Made by a program: the position numbers and the translations under genes | Source: Torpedo marmorata | Lineage: Eukaryota | DNA: 64,000 nucleotides | Assembly (NCBI GenBank): GCA_977017645.1 | Contig: OZ360231.1 | Span: forward strand, 78,120,001 to 78,184,000 | Direction: 5' to 3' | In this document: positions 31,481-44,532 of the stretch, in pieces | How positions within the stretch are numbered: the first letter of the stretch is position 1 | Layout of the letters: each line of letters opens with the position of its first letter | The notes under the pieces: generated by a model | Told to the model about the DNA's origin: nothing | The model's input: the letters and a program-made list of their open reading frames with translations, nothing else | The model's database searches: none

Positions 31481-33445
31481 AAACTCAACCAGGGACTCAT
31501 TTAAGGACTTTTACGTTTGCACTTTTTTTCTCTGTATTGCACAGTTTGTTTACATTTCTTTATTTGTTTACATATACCTTTTGGTACAGTTTTTTTTGCA
31601 TTACCAATTAGTGGTAATTCTGCCTTGCCCTCAGGAAAAAGAATCTCAGGGTTGTATGTGATGTCATGTACGTATGTACTCTGACAATAAATCTGAAATC
31701 TGCTCTGAGAATTTAACTGTTACCTCTGGCTTAATTCAGAGCTCCTGTCTAAGGTGCAATGTCCAGAAGGAAATATAGGGCTTGATGCAGAGCTCTGTGC
31801 AGCTATAACATATAGAATCAGAATTTATTGTCATGAACATGTCACGAAATTTGTTGTTTAATATAGCCCATGATATTCCAAGTTCTTTGACATAAAGCAG
31901 AACAAATCTTTTTAATTTGCATACTTCTTTATAACATGGGAGGCCATTTGGCCCACAAGTCTGTGCCAGCCTGCAAAGCAATCGCATTCCTCACTAATTT
32001 TCCCTTTAACCTGTTCTCCTCCCATTTCCATCAATTCAACCCTCACTTACCTACAAGAGGTCATTTACATTAGCCAATTAACCCACATCTTTGGGATGTG
32101 GGAGGAGACCAGAGTACCCAGCAGGAGTACCCCCACATTGGAGTTGTAAGACAGTTGTGCCAACTATTTACTTTCTTTGGAGAAAACAACAGTCAGCTGG
32201 AGGAACACAACAGGTCGAGCAGCATCTAAGGGTGCTAATGCTGCATGACCCACTGAGTTCCTCAAGCCAGACGTCCCATATATACAGGACATGTCCTGTA
32301 TTTAATGATTTTGCCCTGTGTACTGTTTTGACTTTATCAGGACGCCTTAAATGTCCTGTATTAAGATTTGAAAAAATAAATTGCAAAATTCAGCAGTTTA
32401 GCTGTACAATTTGGAATTTTCAATAATTTTATTTGTACTAGTTGAATTTTACTTCATTAAAACTAAAACATTAAATAACTCCACTATTACGTTGAAGGAA
32501 GTCACCCAAAGACAGCAAGTATTTGCGACAAGTAATGAACTTGTTTCATTTAAACGTGTCACGTGTGCATTCGTTGACTCTGCAGCCACTGGCCGCCGCC
32601 GCCAGCCAGCCCGTTAGTTATGTGTTTGCAGTTGTTAGTGATGGATCAGTGAAATAACCAGGCTTGATATTTTTCAATTCTTGCGTTGGTAAGCTAGCAA
32701 AATATTTTTCATTTGTGTTTTGTAATTTAACCGCAACATGCCAAAACGAAAGTGTAAATTTCGTGATGAATTCTCTGAAGAATGGACATTTATTAAACAA
32801 GGGAAAAGTTGTTTTGAAGCTCTCTGTGGAGTATGTAATTGTTCATTCAATATCGAAAATGGCAGGAAGTCGGATATAAAGCAGCATATACAAGCAACGA
32901 AGCACAAGGGATGTATGCTTTCCTCGACTATAAAAGAAACTAATAAAATAACAAATTTCTTGATTAAGAGAAATACAGAAGAAGAAGATAAAATAATACC
33001 TGCAGAAGTTGTAATGGCCTTCCACACTGTTCATCATAATCAGTCATTCAGCTCAAATTCCAAAATTGCATCCAAATTTTCAAGTGCCAGGATGAAATCT
33101 ACTGCAATAGTAAAAAATGTAATAGCTCCATATACCATTGCAGAGATTGTCAAAGATATAAATGCCTCGTCTTTTTACAGCATATCCACGGACGCAAGTA
33201 ATAACAACGCAGAAAAAAATTCCCTTTAATAATTGTGTAATATTTTTCCCGAGAGAAAGGCTTGCTGATAAAGCTGTTGCGAGTAAAATCCGTTCCAGAT
33301 GAGACCTCAGAAACTATAGCAAGCTTTTGCAGAGAAACTCTTATTGAGTTAGGAGTTAACGAGAAAAATTGTACAGCTTTTGGTGGAGATAATACAAATA
33401 CTAATTTTGGTGGACGTTTGCGTAAAAGGTGTGAACCATGTCTAT

Positions 33446-34663
33446 TCAGAATCAGAATTTATTGTCATGAACAAGTCATGAAATTCGGTGTTTTGTGGCA
33501 GCATCATAGTGCAAACATTCATATTATAACCATCTTACGACATCACTATAAAAAATATATAAATAATAGTGCACGAAAAGTAAGGCAGTGTCTTTGGTTC
33601 ATTGATTATTCAGGAATCTGATGGCAGTGGGGAAGAAGCTGTCCTTGTGCCGTTGAGTGCTCAACTTTGGGCTCCTGTACCTTCTTCCTGATGGTAGCAG
33701 AGTGAAGAGGGCATGGCCTGGGAGGTGGGGGTCCTTGAGGACAGAGGCTGCTTTTTTTAAGACACCGTCTCGTGTAGATGTCCTCGATGGAGTAAAGTCT
33801 GGTGCCTGTGATGTCACAGACCGTTAACAACCCTCTGGAGTTTATTCTTGTCCTGAGAGTTGGCGCCTCCATACCAGGCAGTGATGCAACCAGCCAGAAT
33901 GCTCTCCACGGTACACCTGTAGAAGTTTACGAGAGTCTTCGGTGACATACCAAATCTTCTCAGACACCTCACAAAGTATAGCCGCTGGCGAGCCTTCTTT
34001 GTGATTGCATCAACGTGGAGGCTCCAGGACAGATCCTCGGAGATGTTGACACCCAGGAATTTGAAGTTCTTGACCCTCCCCACTACTGAGCCCTTGATGA
34101 GGATTGGGTCGTGTTCCCCTGACTTCCTCCTGAAGTCCACAATCATTTCCTTGGTTTTGCTGACGTTGAGCGCAAGGTTGTTGTCGTTACACCATTCAAC
34201 GAGCTGATCTATCTCCCTCCTGTACGCTTCCTCATTGCCGTTTGTGATTCTGCCGACAACTGTGGTGTCATCGGCAAACTTGTAGATGGCATTGGAACTG
34301 TGCCTGGCCACACAGTCATGGGTGTATAACGAGTAGAGCAGTGGGCTAAGCAAGCATCCTTGCAGTGAGGAGGAGACGTTATTTCCAATTTATACTGACT
34401 GTGGTCTTCCGATGAGAAAGTCAAGGATCCGGTTGCAGAGGGGGTTACAGAGGCTTAAAGTTTGTAGCTTCTTGACCAGCACTGAGGGAATAATGATATT
34501 GAAGGCCGAGCTGTAGTCGATGAAGAGCAGCCGTATGTATGAATTGCTGTTTTCGAAGTGACCCAGAGCTGAGTGGAGAGCCAGCGATATTGCATCTGCT
34601 GTGGAGCGATTGTGACGATAGGCGAATTGCAGTGGGTCCAGATCTTTGCTTAGGTACGTGTTG
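33446..34663 (-). mobile_element. Rex1/Babar LINE inserted in the hAT transposase
   Basis: LSPLLYSLYTHDC and [11 protein letters not shown]. Very similar to 20528-21880. Confidence 0.9.
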
Positions 34664-35189
34664 AAGCAAAGCATATGGAAGGTGTTGGCTGTCCTGCTCA
34701 TATTCTGCAGAATGCTGCTCAAACCACATCTGATGTCCTTTCTATTGATATTGATGTAATTGTCATTAAATTGTTTTCTTACTTCAACATTTATACTGTT
34801 CGAACTGTGCGATTAAAGGATTTTTGTGATTTTGTTGGCATTCAGTATCCTTCAGTTCTCTCGCATTCTAAAACCCATTGGGTGTCTTTAATAAATGCAG
34901 TTGAGAGAATCCTCAGTTTATTTGAAGCACTGAACTCATACTTTAATTCCGAAGAAAAGGTCCCGAAAATTCTTGTTGACTTTTTCAATAATCCATTGAG
35001 CGAAGCCTACTTATTTCTTGTTCAGTTTTCAATATCTCTTTAGCAGTAGGATTATGCAGATTGAAAAAAGAGCAAACAGCGTTATTGAAGTACTTCGTTG
35101 CTTAAAGAAACTCGTTGACTGAGTAAAAGAAAGAATTGATGAAAAGTTTATCCCTTTAGGTGTCAAGGCTTGCCTTAAAAGTGTCTTCT

Positions 35190-35388
35190 TGGTAGTGGGT
35201 TTAGATTTTATTTTTTTATAATAAAATAATAAAACATCAATACAATATAATCTGTTTGATTAAAATGTGGGGTACCTTGGATGAAATTATATGATTTAAG
35301 TGTAATGTATCTTTTTGACTTTTAACATACGTACTCTGTATTTTTGGATGTGAAATTTCAATGTTAATAAAAATATTGGAAAAGAAAA
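35190..35388 (+). mobile_element. Probable L1 3' tail fragment in the hAT
   Basis: AT-rich insert ending aataaaaatattggaaaaagaaaaag. Flanking aaaagtg repeat. Interrupts the transposase. Confidence 0.45.
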
Positions 35389-36126
35389 AGTGACAACGTT
35401 ACTTTTGAACAGAAAAAGAAATTCCAACTTGAAGTGGATAATTATTACGGCACTTGCCATGACTATCTTGTGAAATGGATTTCATCTCTTGAAGAATTCG
35501 ATACTTTTACATGGATGTTACTAAATACTCTTCCAGCATGGGAACAAGTGGAATCATCATGTGTAGTGTTAAAAAATAAGGGAATAAAAATTGACGACAA
35601 TGTTCTTTTTTGTCAGTGGACAACATTTTAAAAACTCGTTGATCAAGAGATGCAACGTAATCCCGAAGAATGGAAAAGCAAGTTATGCCATGAAAGATGG
35701 TATTCTGTGCTTCAACAAATTAAATTTGAAGAGCAATTCTCAGAGTTGTTAATTTTATGCCAGTACATGTTCAGCGTACCGGCTCATAATGCTAATGTTG
35801 AGCGTGTTTTCTTGTTAATGAATGTTCAATGGACAAAACAACGAAATAAGTTGGATGTGACCACAACAGAAGCTATGTTACAATGTAAATGGAACATAGA
35901 CTGTCAGTGCAAGGAATTTTATAAAGCAAGTTCTGCAAAACAAGAACCTGTTAAGCAGAGCCAAGTCATCAGTGAAATATAATTAAAGGTATGTAATTTA
36001 AATACTTATATTTTAATTGGATAAGAAATGAATATTTTGGTAACAGCGTCTCGCCTGCGTAAAGTTAACCTGATTAAAATTTTAATTTAATCCAGATGAC
36101 CATGTTACCAATATTTTTTAGAATAT

Positions 36127-39011
36127 TGTAGCGTGAGCTACACAGAATTCTGAAGAACAACACACAGTCGGTGGGTTGCAAGCAAGACTGTTTAATCGGG
36201 CCTCACAGCTCTGGCTTTTAAGCAGGGCTGCGAGCTTAATTGCTGTCGTTTACATGACCATTGCCGCTTAATCGCTGTCGTCTACATGACAATGGGAGCT
36301 GTACATTACAATGGGAACTTTCTGCGTGTGGGTCTCCTGTCCTTCTCCTGGTTGAAGAAGGACACGTGTACTTGCGCGGCCGCCATTGCGGGCACTGGTT
36401 CGCTTTCCCAGAGTGGGTACCGCTACACAACCCCCCCTCCCCCCCAGAACCGGTGTTAGAGTCTCTCAGTTGTTTTGGAGGCCGGCCCCTGCGTCTGGCG
36501 GGCCGACCAGGGGTCGGAGACTTTCGAGAACGCGAAAGTGAGCGGCTCGTGGTCAGTGAAGGCGGTGAATGTTCTACCTTCCAGAAAGTATCGAAAGTAC
36601 CGTATGGCCATGTACAGTGCTAGTAGCTCCCGGTCGAAGAAGCTGTATTTAAGTTCGGGTGGCCGTAAATGTCTACTGAAAAAGGCCAAGGGTTTCCAGC
36701 TGCCTTCACTAAACTGCTCCAGTACCCCGCCGACTGCCATGTTTGAAGTGTCCACCGTGAGGGAGGTTGGCACGTCGGTTCTGGGGTGAACCAGCATCGT
36801 GGCATCAGCTAGGGCCTCTTTGGCTTTGTTAAAAGCCGCAGTGGATTCCGCGTCCCAAACCAGCGCTTTGGCTTAGCCAGCCATGAGGGTGAAAAGCGGA
36901 TGCATGATGCGGGCTGCTACTGGCAGGAATCTGTGATAAAAATTGACCATCCCCACGAACTACTGGAGGCCCTTGACGGTTGACGGCCGGGGGAATTTGT
37001 GAACCGCGTCCACTTTGTCGGGTAGGGGAGTTGCGCCATGGCGTGTGATCCTATGGCCCAGTAAGTCAATTGTGGAGAGGCCGAACTGGCATTTGGCCAG
37101 ATTGACTGTAAGGCCGAATTGGTTTAGGCAGTTGAACAGCTGGCGGAGGTGTGCTATGTGCTCCTGGCGGGTTTTACTGGCGATAAGTATATCATCCAAG
37201 TAAATGAAAAGGAAGTCCAAATCCCGCCCTACCGCATCCATTAAGCGTTGGAAGGTTTGGGCCGCGTTCTTTAGCCCGAATGGCATGCAGAAGAATTCGA
37301 ACAGGCCAAAAGGGGTTTTGATGGCTTTTTTGGGCACATCCTCCGGTAGCACGGGGATTTGGTGATAACCTCGGATGAGGTCGACCTTTTAGAATATAGT
37401 CTCCCCGTGCAGGTTGGCGGCAAAGTCCTGAATGTGGGGTGCAGGGTAGCGGTCGGGAGTGGTGGCTTCATTAAGCCTGCGGTAGTCACCGCATGGCCTC
37501 CACCCGCCGGATGCTTTGGGTACCATGTGCAGTGGGCTTGCCCAGGGACTATCGGAGTGTCTGATAATCCATAAAGCCTCCATCCTGCTAAAATCCTCTT
37601 TGGCTAGTCGGAGTTTATCCGGGGGCAAGCGGCGGGCGTGGAGCGGTGGGCCCTGGGTGGTGATGTGGTGCCTGACGTCGTGCTTGGGCATCTCTGCCGT
37701 GAACTTGGGGGTCGGAAATCAACGGGAAATCAGTGAGCAAGCGAGTGAAATCGTCCTCTGGCTGCGCTACGGAGCTCAGCTGGGTGGAGTGGTGATTGGA
37801 TTTTTGCAGGGCAAAGGATTGGAAGGTCCGTGCGTGGACCAGCCGCTTATCCTGCAGGTCTACCAGTAAGCTGTGTGCCCTGAGGAAGTCGGCCCCTAGG
37901 ATGGGCAGCCAGACGCTTGCGAGAAATGGCTGTCGCCGAACCGGAGGTATGCCGTCCTCGGGCCAAATGTCGGATTGGAGCTGCCGTTGGCGGCCCGCAG
38001 CGCGTGTCCCTGTGACCGGGTCCTGGTTTCGTACGGTGTCAGGGGAATAATGCTGATTTCGGCTCCTGTGTCCACGAGGAACCGCCGTCCGGAATTCTTG
38101 TCCCTGACGTACAGTAGGCTGTCTCTGTGGCCAGCCGTCGTAGCCACTAGTGACAGCTGGCCTTGTCGTTTCCCGGAAACTTGCAGGGGGACCTGCACCG
38201 GTGAGCCTTCTGGCCCCAACGAAGGTGGTAGAAACACCAATCGAGGTTGGCGTCGTCGCTGCTGCTACCGTGGGCTGTTGGGGTGTTGGGTTTTTCGTTT
38301 GACCACTTGGTCGACCATTGTCTGACTCACCCTTCCTGCTTCCCAGAGAGTGTCCACTCGAGTTACCACTGTCCTGGGCATGGAGAAATCCGCCCCTGCG
38401 AGTGCCAGGTGCACGTTGAGTGGCATCATCTCTAAGAAAACCTGCTCGAAGGAAAGGCACGTGCGGCCTCCTGTGAGGGCCAGCATCTTGTCCATGAGCT
38501 GTGAGGGCGATCTGTCTCCCAGACCGTCCAGCCACAGCAAGCAGGCACCCCGCTCCTGTCGCGAAAGCCCGAAAGTGTTCATCAACAGGGCTTTGAAAGT
38601 GGGGTATTTACCCTCCTCCGGTGTTCGGTGCAGGAAACCTTCCACCCATGCGGCTGCGTCCTCTCCGAGTGAGCTGACCACATGGTAGTACTTGGTGGCA
38701 TCTCCGGTGATGCTGCGGAGTGCAAACTGTGCTTCTGCCTGATCGAACCACATGCTTTTAAGCAGGGCTGCGAGCTTAATTGTTGTCGTTTACATGACCA
38801 TTGCCGCTTAATCGCTGTCGTCTACATGACAATGGGAGCTGTACATTACAATGGGAACTTTCCGCGTGCGGGTCTCCTGTCCTTCTTCTGGTTGAAGAAG
38901 AAGGGGGGGGGGTCGGTGCCATCTTTGCGCCGGCCCCTGCTGTTGCCACGTTTTCTTGCACGGCCGCCATTGCGGGCACAGGTTCGCTTGCCCAGAGCGG
39001 GTACCGTTACA
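36127..39011 (-). mobile_element. CsRN1-clade Gypsy LTR retrotransposon (integrase deleted)
   Basis: LTRs at 36127-36427 and about 38753-39011 (inner end deleted), TSD ATAT, PPT. Gag WFDQAEAQF and CHCC motif, protease FLVDTGAEIS, RT YLDDILIAS and RNase H. Confidence 0.88.
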
Positions 39012-39376
39012 ATATAAGTTTTTCCCATGTAGTAATATTATTTTATCTCAATGTACGTATGTATATGCAAATTAGAAATCATTTGAATTTAAATTTGAAC
39101 AGGGAGTCCTGTATTTCTATTTGGCAAATCTGGTAACCCTACTCAAGCAGGTTCTTTTATGCTCCAGATTCCAGCATCTGCAGTCTCTTGTGTATCTGTT
39201 TATCTTTTGGTCCTATGAGCCTTTGGTGATTACTGAAATTGGATTCCTTAACCATTCTACTCCCCACTATTAAGAATGCAGTCTGATACAGCTTTCTTAC
39301 GCATGTAGTTTGAATTCTGTTTCTGGCTGCCATTCCAGTTTCTGATGATGGTTTCTCCAAAGTTACAGGAATACAC

Positions 39377-39586
39377 CGGGAAATACAATGACTGAAGATG
39401 CTGGGATCTTGAGCAAACAAAGAATTGCTGGAGGAATTCAGCAGGCCATGGGTAGAAATGGTCAGTCAACATTTCTGGTCAGGAACCTTTATTACGAAGG
39501 GTTCAGATCCTAAACGTTGACTAAACATTTCTACCCATTGATGCTGTCTGACCTGCTGAGTTCCTCCAGCAATTCTTTGTTTGTAT
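39377..39586. mobile_element. Short fold-back element made of two inverted Penelope-type termini
   Basis: Arms at about 39414-39490 and 39495-39583 are imperfect reverse complements. 10-bp flanking direct repeat AGGAATACAC. Confidence 0.7.
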
Positions 39587-39995
39587 AGGAATACACATTT
39601 CAGTCTGTGGGGACACAAAGCAATCAACGAGTTAAAATGGTATCAGTTCTAGCAGCAATTTTATCTGCGGAACACAGATGATTCCTTTCAGATGCAAACA
39701 CCATCAACCGTTGAAGTGCCACAAAGTACTCAGCAGGTGAAAACTGGTGGAAGGGAACTGCAGACATTCAATCCCAGGCCACCCAATGACCAGAATCCAT
39801 TTGGCTGAGGAAAGGAAGCTCCCTTCCCCCAGTGTGGGGATGCCTGTTGAAGTGCTAATTGCACTGAGAGAGAGAGAGAGTGCTGAAATCTCCAGTATCC
39901 CACAGAAGCTGAGCCTAGATTCACAGACTTTGTCATTATTCTCCTTCTGCTCAGGGGACTACCTTCAGGAGCTAACATTTCTTGGTTAGCGTAGC

Positions 39996-40243
39996 GGGGC
40001 AGCACGGTTAGCGCAACGCTGTTACAGCACCAACAACCGGGGTTCAAATCTGGCGCTATCTGTAAGGAGTTTGTACGTTCTCCCCATGACCTGCGTTTGC
40101 TCCAGGTGCTTCAATTTCCTCCCATCCTTCAAAAATGTACCGGGGTTGTAGGTCAATTGGGTGTAATTGGGCGGCATGGGCTCGTGGGGCGAAAGGGCCT
40201 GTTATCGTGCTGTATGTCTAAATTTAATTTAAAATTTAAATTT
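39996..40243 (+). mobile_element. V-SINE, followed by an older degenerate SINE to about 40500
   Basis: Family head, V-domain and tail. Confidence 0.8.
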
Positions 40244-40660
40244 TTGGGGTGGGACAGTAGTACAACCACTGCCTCACAGCTCAAGTAACCCAGGTTCTAT
40301 CCTAACCTCCAGTGTTGACAGGGACTGCACACTATCTCCATGTGGGTTTCCTCCAGGTACTCTGGTTTCCTCCGCCCCCAGTGTGTAGATAAGCGGTAGA
40401 ATTTGGAGGTGAGGGTAGAGGTTCATGGGAATGTGTGAATAGTAAAATGGGTTAGGGGAGAACTAGTGAAAAAATGGGTGGTCTCAATGGATTTAAGAAT
40501 TGAGTTGGAGATACACAAGACTTCAGATTCTGGAATATGGAGCAAAAAAATGTGCTGGAGGAACTTAGTGAGTCGAACAGCATCTGTGGTAGAAAATGAA
40601 TGGTCAATGTGTTGGGTCAGAACCCTTCATCAAGGCCGAGCCACTGAGTTCCGACAGCGA

Positions 40661-42800
40661 GTTCAAAGTTCAGATTTATTGTCAGAGTACATACATGACA
40701 TAATATACAACCCTGAGATTCCTTTTTCCTACCAGGCAGAATTTCTACTTTTTAAAAAATATATATATTTTTTTCATTTTCAGAAATTTTCACAAAACAT
40801 TAATAAACAATCACAAATATACACAAATTTCAAACGTATCAAGTACAGAATACATTACACCCCTTAACCCTCCCTCCCCCACCCAAAAAGAATAAAATTG
40901 AGACAAAAGAGAAAGAAAAAGAAAAGAAAACTAAACGTACTGTCAGTGCTTACAACTTTTGTTCAAGTATTTGGGGATGTCACACCCTTAAAATAATTAT
41001 ACCTTACAGTACACCATAGCTCAGAGGTTTCATTACAACTGAGCACCAATGTGCTCCAAGTATGGTTGCCACACTTTAACAAAGTTATCATACTTATTTC
41101 TAAGACTATATGTAATTTTTTCCATGGGGATACAGCTGTACATTTCCGTAGACCATCGAGTGATGAGAAGGGGGGAGTCGGACTTCCAAGTAACTGCAAT
41201 GCATTTTTTTGCTCCGGACAGAGCAACTTTTACAAATTGAATTTGGAATTTAGATAATCTGTTGCTTATGGGCAGAATTTCTACTTATCGATAGTGCAAA
41301 AAACTGTGTTAAAGAAAAGATATGTATACAAAAAAGAGAAATGTAAAGAAAGAAAGAAATATAAACTGACTACAATACAGAAAAAAATAAATTCAGTAAT
41401 AAATAATGTACAAAGTAAGAGTCTTTAAATGAGCCTCTTATTGAGTTTGTTGTTGAGGAGTCTGATGGAGGAGGGGTAGCAACTGTTCCTGAATCTGGTG
41501 GTATGAATCTTGTGGCACCTACCGTATATCTCTTTCCTGATGGCAGCAGCGAGAACAGAGCGTGTCCTGTGTGGTGATGATTGCTGCTGCTCTCTGACGG
41601 CAGCATTCCATGTAGATTTTCTCGATGGTGGGGAAAGTTTACCCTGTTGTATTGGGCTGTGTCCATTACCTTTGGCGGGGCTTTCCACTCAAAGGTATTG
41701 GTGCCCCCATACCAGGCCATGATGCAGCCCGTCAGCACACTTTCCAGTAAACATCTGTAGAAGTTTGCCAAGCTTTCCGAAATCATGCCAAACCTCCACA
41801 AACTCATGAGGAAGTAGAGGCGGTGACGTGCTTTCTTCACGATGACATTAGTGTGTAACGTCCAGGAAAGTTTCTCTGAGATAATTACTCACAGGAACTT
41901 AAATTTGCTCACCCTCTCCACTTCTGATCCCCCAATGATCTCTGGATCATACACCTCTGGTTTTCCCTTCATGAACTCAATAATCAGCTCCTTGGTTTTG
42001 GTGACATTGAGTGTGAGGTTGTTAGTACACCATTCAGCCAAGTTTTCAATCTCTCTCCTGTATGCTGACTCATCAGCCCTTTTTATACAACCCACTACTG
42101 TGGTATCGTCAGCAAATATGTAGATGGTGTTATTGTCGTACCGAGCTACACAATCGTAGGTGTAAGGTGAGTAGAGCAGGGGGCTAAGAACGCAGCCCTT
42201 TGTTGCTCCAGTACTGATGGAGATTGTGGAGGAGATGTTCTTACCAATCCTCACGAATTGGGGTCTGCAGGTGAGGAAATCCAAGATCCAATTACACAGG
42301 GCTTGGAGTTTGTTGATCAGTTTTGAGGGGATGATGGTGTTGAATACCGAACTGTAGTCGATGAAGAGCATCCTGATGTATGTGTCTTTGTTGTCCAGGT
42401 GTACCACGGTTTTGTGTAGAGCCAGTGAGATGGCATCTGCCGTAGACTATTACTGTGGTAGGCAAATTGGAATGGATCCATGTCATTGCACAGACAGGAG
42501 CTACATGCTTCAACACCAGCCTCTCAAAACACTACATCACTGTGGATGTGAATGCCACTGGCCAGTAGTCATTTAGGCAGGTTACCACACTTTTCTTGGA
42601 CACCAGTACAATTGAGGCCTGTTTGAAACAGGTGGGTACCACACCCTGCCGGAGTGAGATGTTGAAGATATCCATGAATACATTGGCAAGTTGGTCAGCG
42701 CAGGTTTTCAGTACTCAACCGGGTATTCCATTCGAACCAGATGTTTTCCTTGGATTCGTTCTCCTGAAGGCAGCCTGCACGTCATCCTCGAATACTGATA
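40661..42800 (-). mobile_element. Rex1/Babar LINE (second subfamily), interrupted by an L1 fragment
   Basis: [38 protein letters not shown] and KKARHRLYFL. Confidence 0.88.
40751..41270 (-). mobile_element. L1 3' fragment
   Basis: 16-bp TSD GGCAGAATTTCTACTT. Very similar to about 49500-50010. Confidence 0.9.
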
Positions 42801-43169
42801 GTGGAGGATCATCAGAGGACATGGGGATGCACAGGGGTTCTTGTTCTGGGGGTCAAATCAGGCTCAGAAGGCATTGAATTCAGCTGGGAGTGAAGATTTG
42901 CTGTCTCCTACTGCACCGGATTTGGTTTGATTGTTTTTTTGTTGAAGAATTGAATTGAATTGTTTATGATGTACCAAGCAGTTCTCAGCAGCAGTGACAT
43001 CTTATGATCTTGTGACACGCAACAGTATAAGACCACTGTGCCCTTGTCCAAAATAAAGACAGCCACACAGTTAATTTCCCACACAAGCCAGATCTCATCA
43101 GTCTTCTATTTTTCAGTCCCTTCAAACACCCTGACACTTAATTTCCCACTCCCATTAAACAATTGGTTA

Positions 43170-43440
43170 CTCAAAAAAAAGTTTTTTTTTAAATTTATAC
43201 ATACAGCACGGTAACAGGCCCTTTCGGCCCACAAGCCCCTGCCGCCCAATTACACCCAATTGACCTACAACCCCTGTACGTTTTTTGAACGATGGGAGGA
43301 AACCGGAGCCCCCAGGGAAAACCCACGCAGACACCGGGAGAACGTACAAACTCCTTACAGACAGCACGGGATTCGAACCCTGGTCCCGATTGCTGGCGCT
43401 GTAACAAAGTTGCGCTAACCGCTACGCCAACCGTGCCACC
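43170..43440 (-). mobile_element. V-SINE
   Basis: Reverse-complement copy of the family. Confidence 0.85.
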
Positions 43441-43589
43441 CTTATTTAGCTTCAGTGTAATATGTTTTTAAAAAGTGAAATAAAGGTATACGGATGTATT
43501 AAATAAAAATAATATCTACCAATCTAGAAAATCTGCTGGACAAGTATCACCAAAGCCCTGAGGGGGCCATTTAATCAGGTTTACAGTAT

Positions 43590-44335
43590 ATCATTTCCAA
43601 CAAGGACAGGATTCCTCTCGTCCTCACCTACCACCCCACCAGCCTCCGCATCCAACATAACCTCCTCCGCCATTTCCGCCACCTACTACGTGATCCCACC
43701 ACCAGACACATATTTCCCTCTCCTCCCCTCTCTGCCTTCCACAGGGACAGTCCAAACAGTCCTTCCAAGTGAAGCAACATTTCACTTGTGAATCTGCAGG
43801 GATCATCTACTGCATCCAGTGCTCCCGTTGTGGTCTCCTTTACATCAGAGAGACTGGACACAGACTGGGAGATCGTTTCGTTGAGCACCTCGGCTCTGTC
43901 CGTCGCAATAACGTGGATCTCCCAGTGGCCACCCATTTCAATTCCCCACCCTATTCCCTTGCTGACATGTCTGTCTGTGGTCTCATGCACTGCCAGACTG
44001 TGACCACCTGAAAATTGGAGGAATAACACCTCATCTTCCTTCTGGGCAACCGGATGGCATTAACATCGACTTTCTGTTAGAAACCCCCCTCCCCATCTTT
44101 TTCCCCATCTCCTTTCTTCTGGCTCTGTCTCTATCTCTTCCCTTTTCCCTCTGTCTCCTTTCACAGAGCCAACATCTATTCTCACCTTTCCTCTTATCAT
44201 ATCCAATTAACACCTTTTGTCTGTTGGTCTGTACTCCTCCCCCTCCTATTCTTCCCCCTTTCTTTCCCCATCTTTTAATTCAGACGCATGATTTTTTTCA
44301 CTCAATCACAGTGTCTGCAGACTTTCGTGTTTCAC
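43590..44335 (+). mobile_element. Penelope-like degenerate 3' fragment
   Basis: IIYCIQCSRCGLLYIRETGHRLGDRFVEHL. Confidence 0.85.
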
Positions 44336-44532
44336 ACCAAGTAAACCAAGAATACAACAAGCATTCAGAACCAGCATGCATGGTGTACTCTCCCTCTCAG
44401 GGTAAACTCAAAATGAATTTGCAGAAACTCCACCAAACCATGAGCTTATGAAGGAGCTCAGTGGGTCACGCAGCTCCCGTGAAATTATCAGTAAACGTTT
44501 TAGGTAGGAATCTTTAATGAGTCTTGATGAAA

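Larger units (their letters stand above)
30200..31702 (+). mobile_element. Rex1/Babar 3' end with nested hAT MITE and Penelope fragment
   Basis: LFSLLPSGKRYRCHK...RFRNSCYP, with tail tgacaataaatctgaaatctg. Confidence 0.75.
32268..39141 (+). mobile_element. hAT (Blackjack-like) DNA transposon, degenerate, with nested inserts
   Basis: Transposase pieces MPKRKCKF...CGVC...[28 protein letters not shown] and PAHNANVERVF. Right TIR ctggtaacccta. Left TIR eroded. Flanking ctcaagc repeat. Confidence 0.82.
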
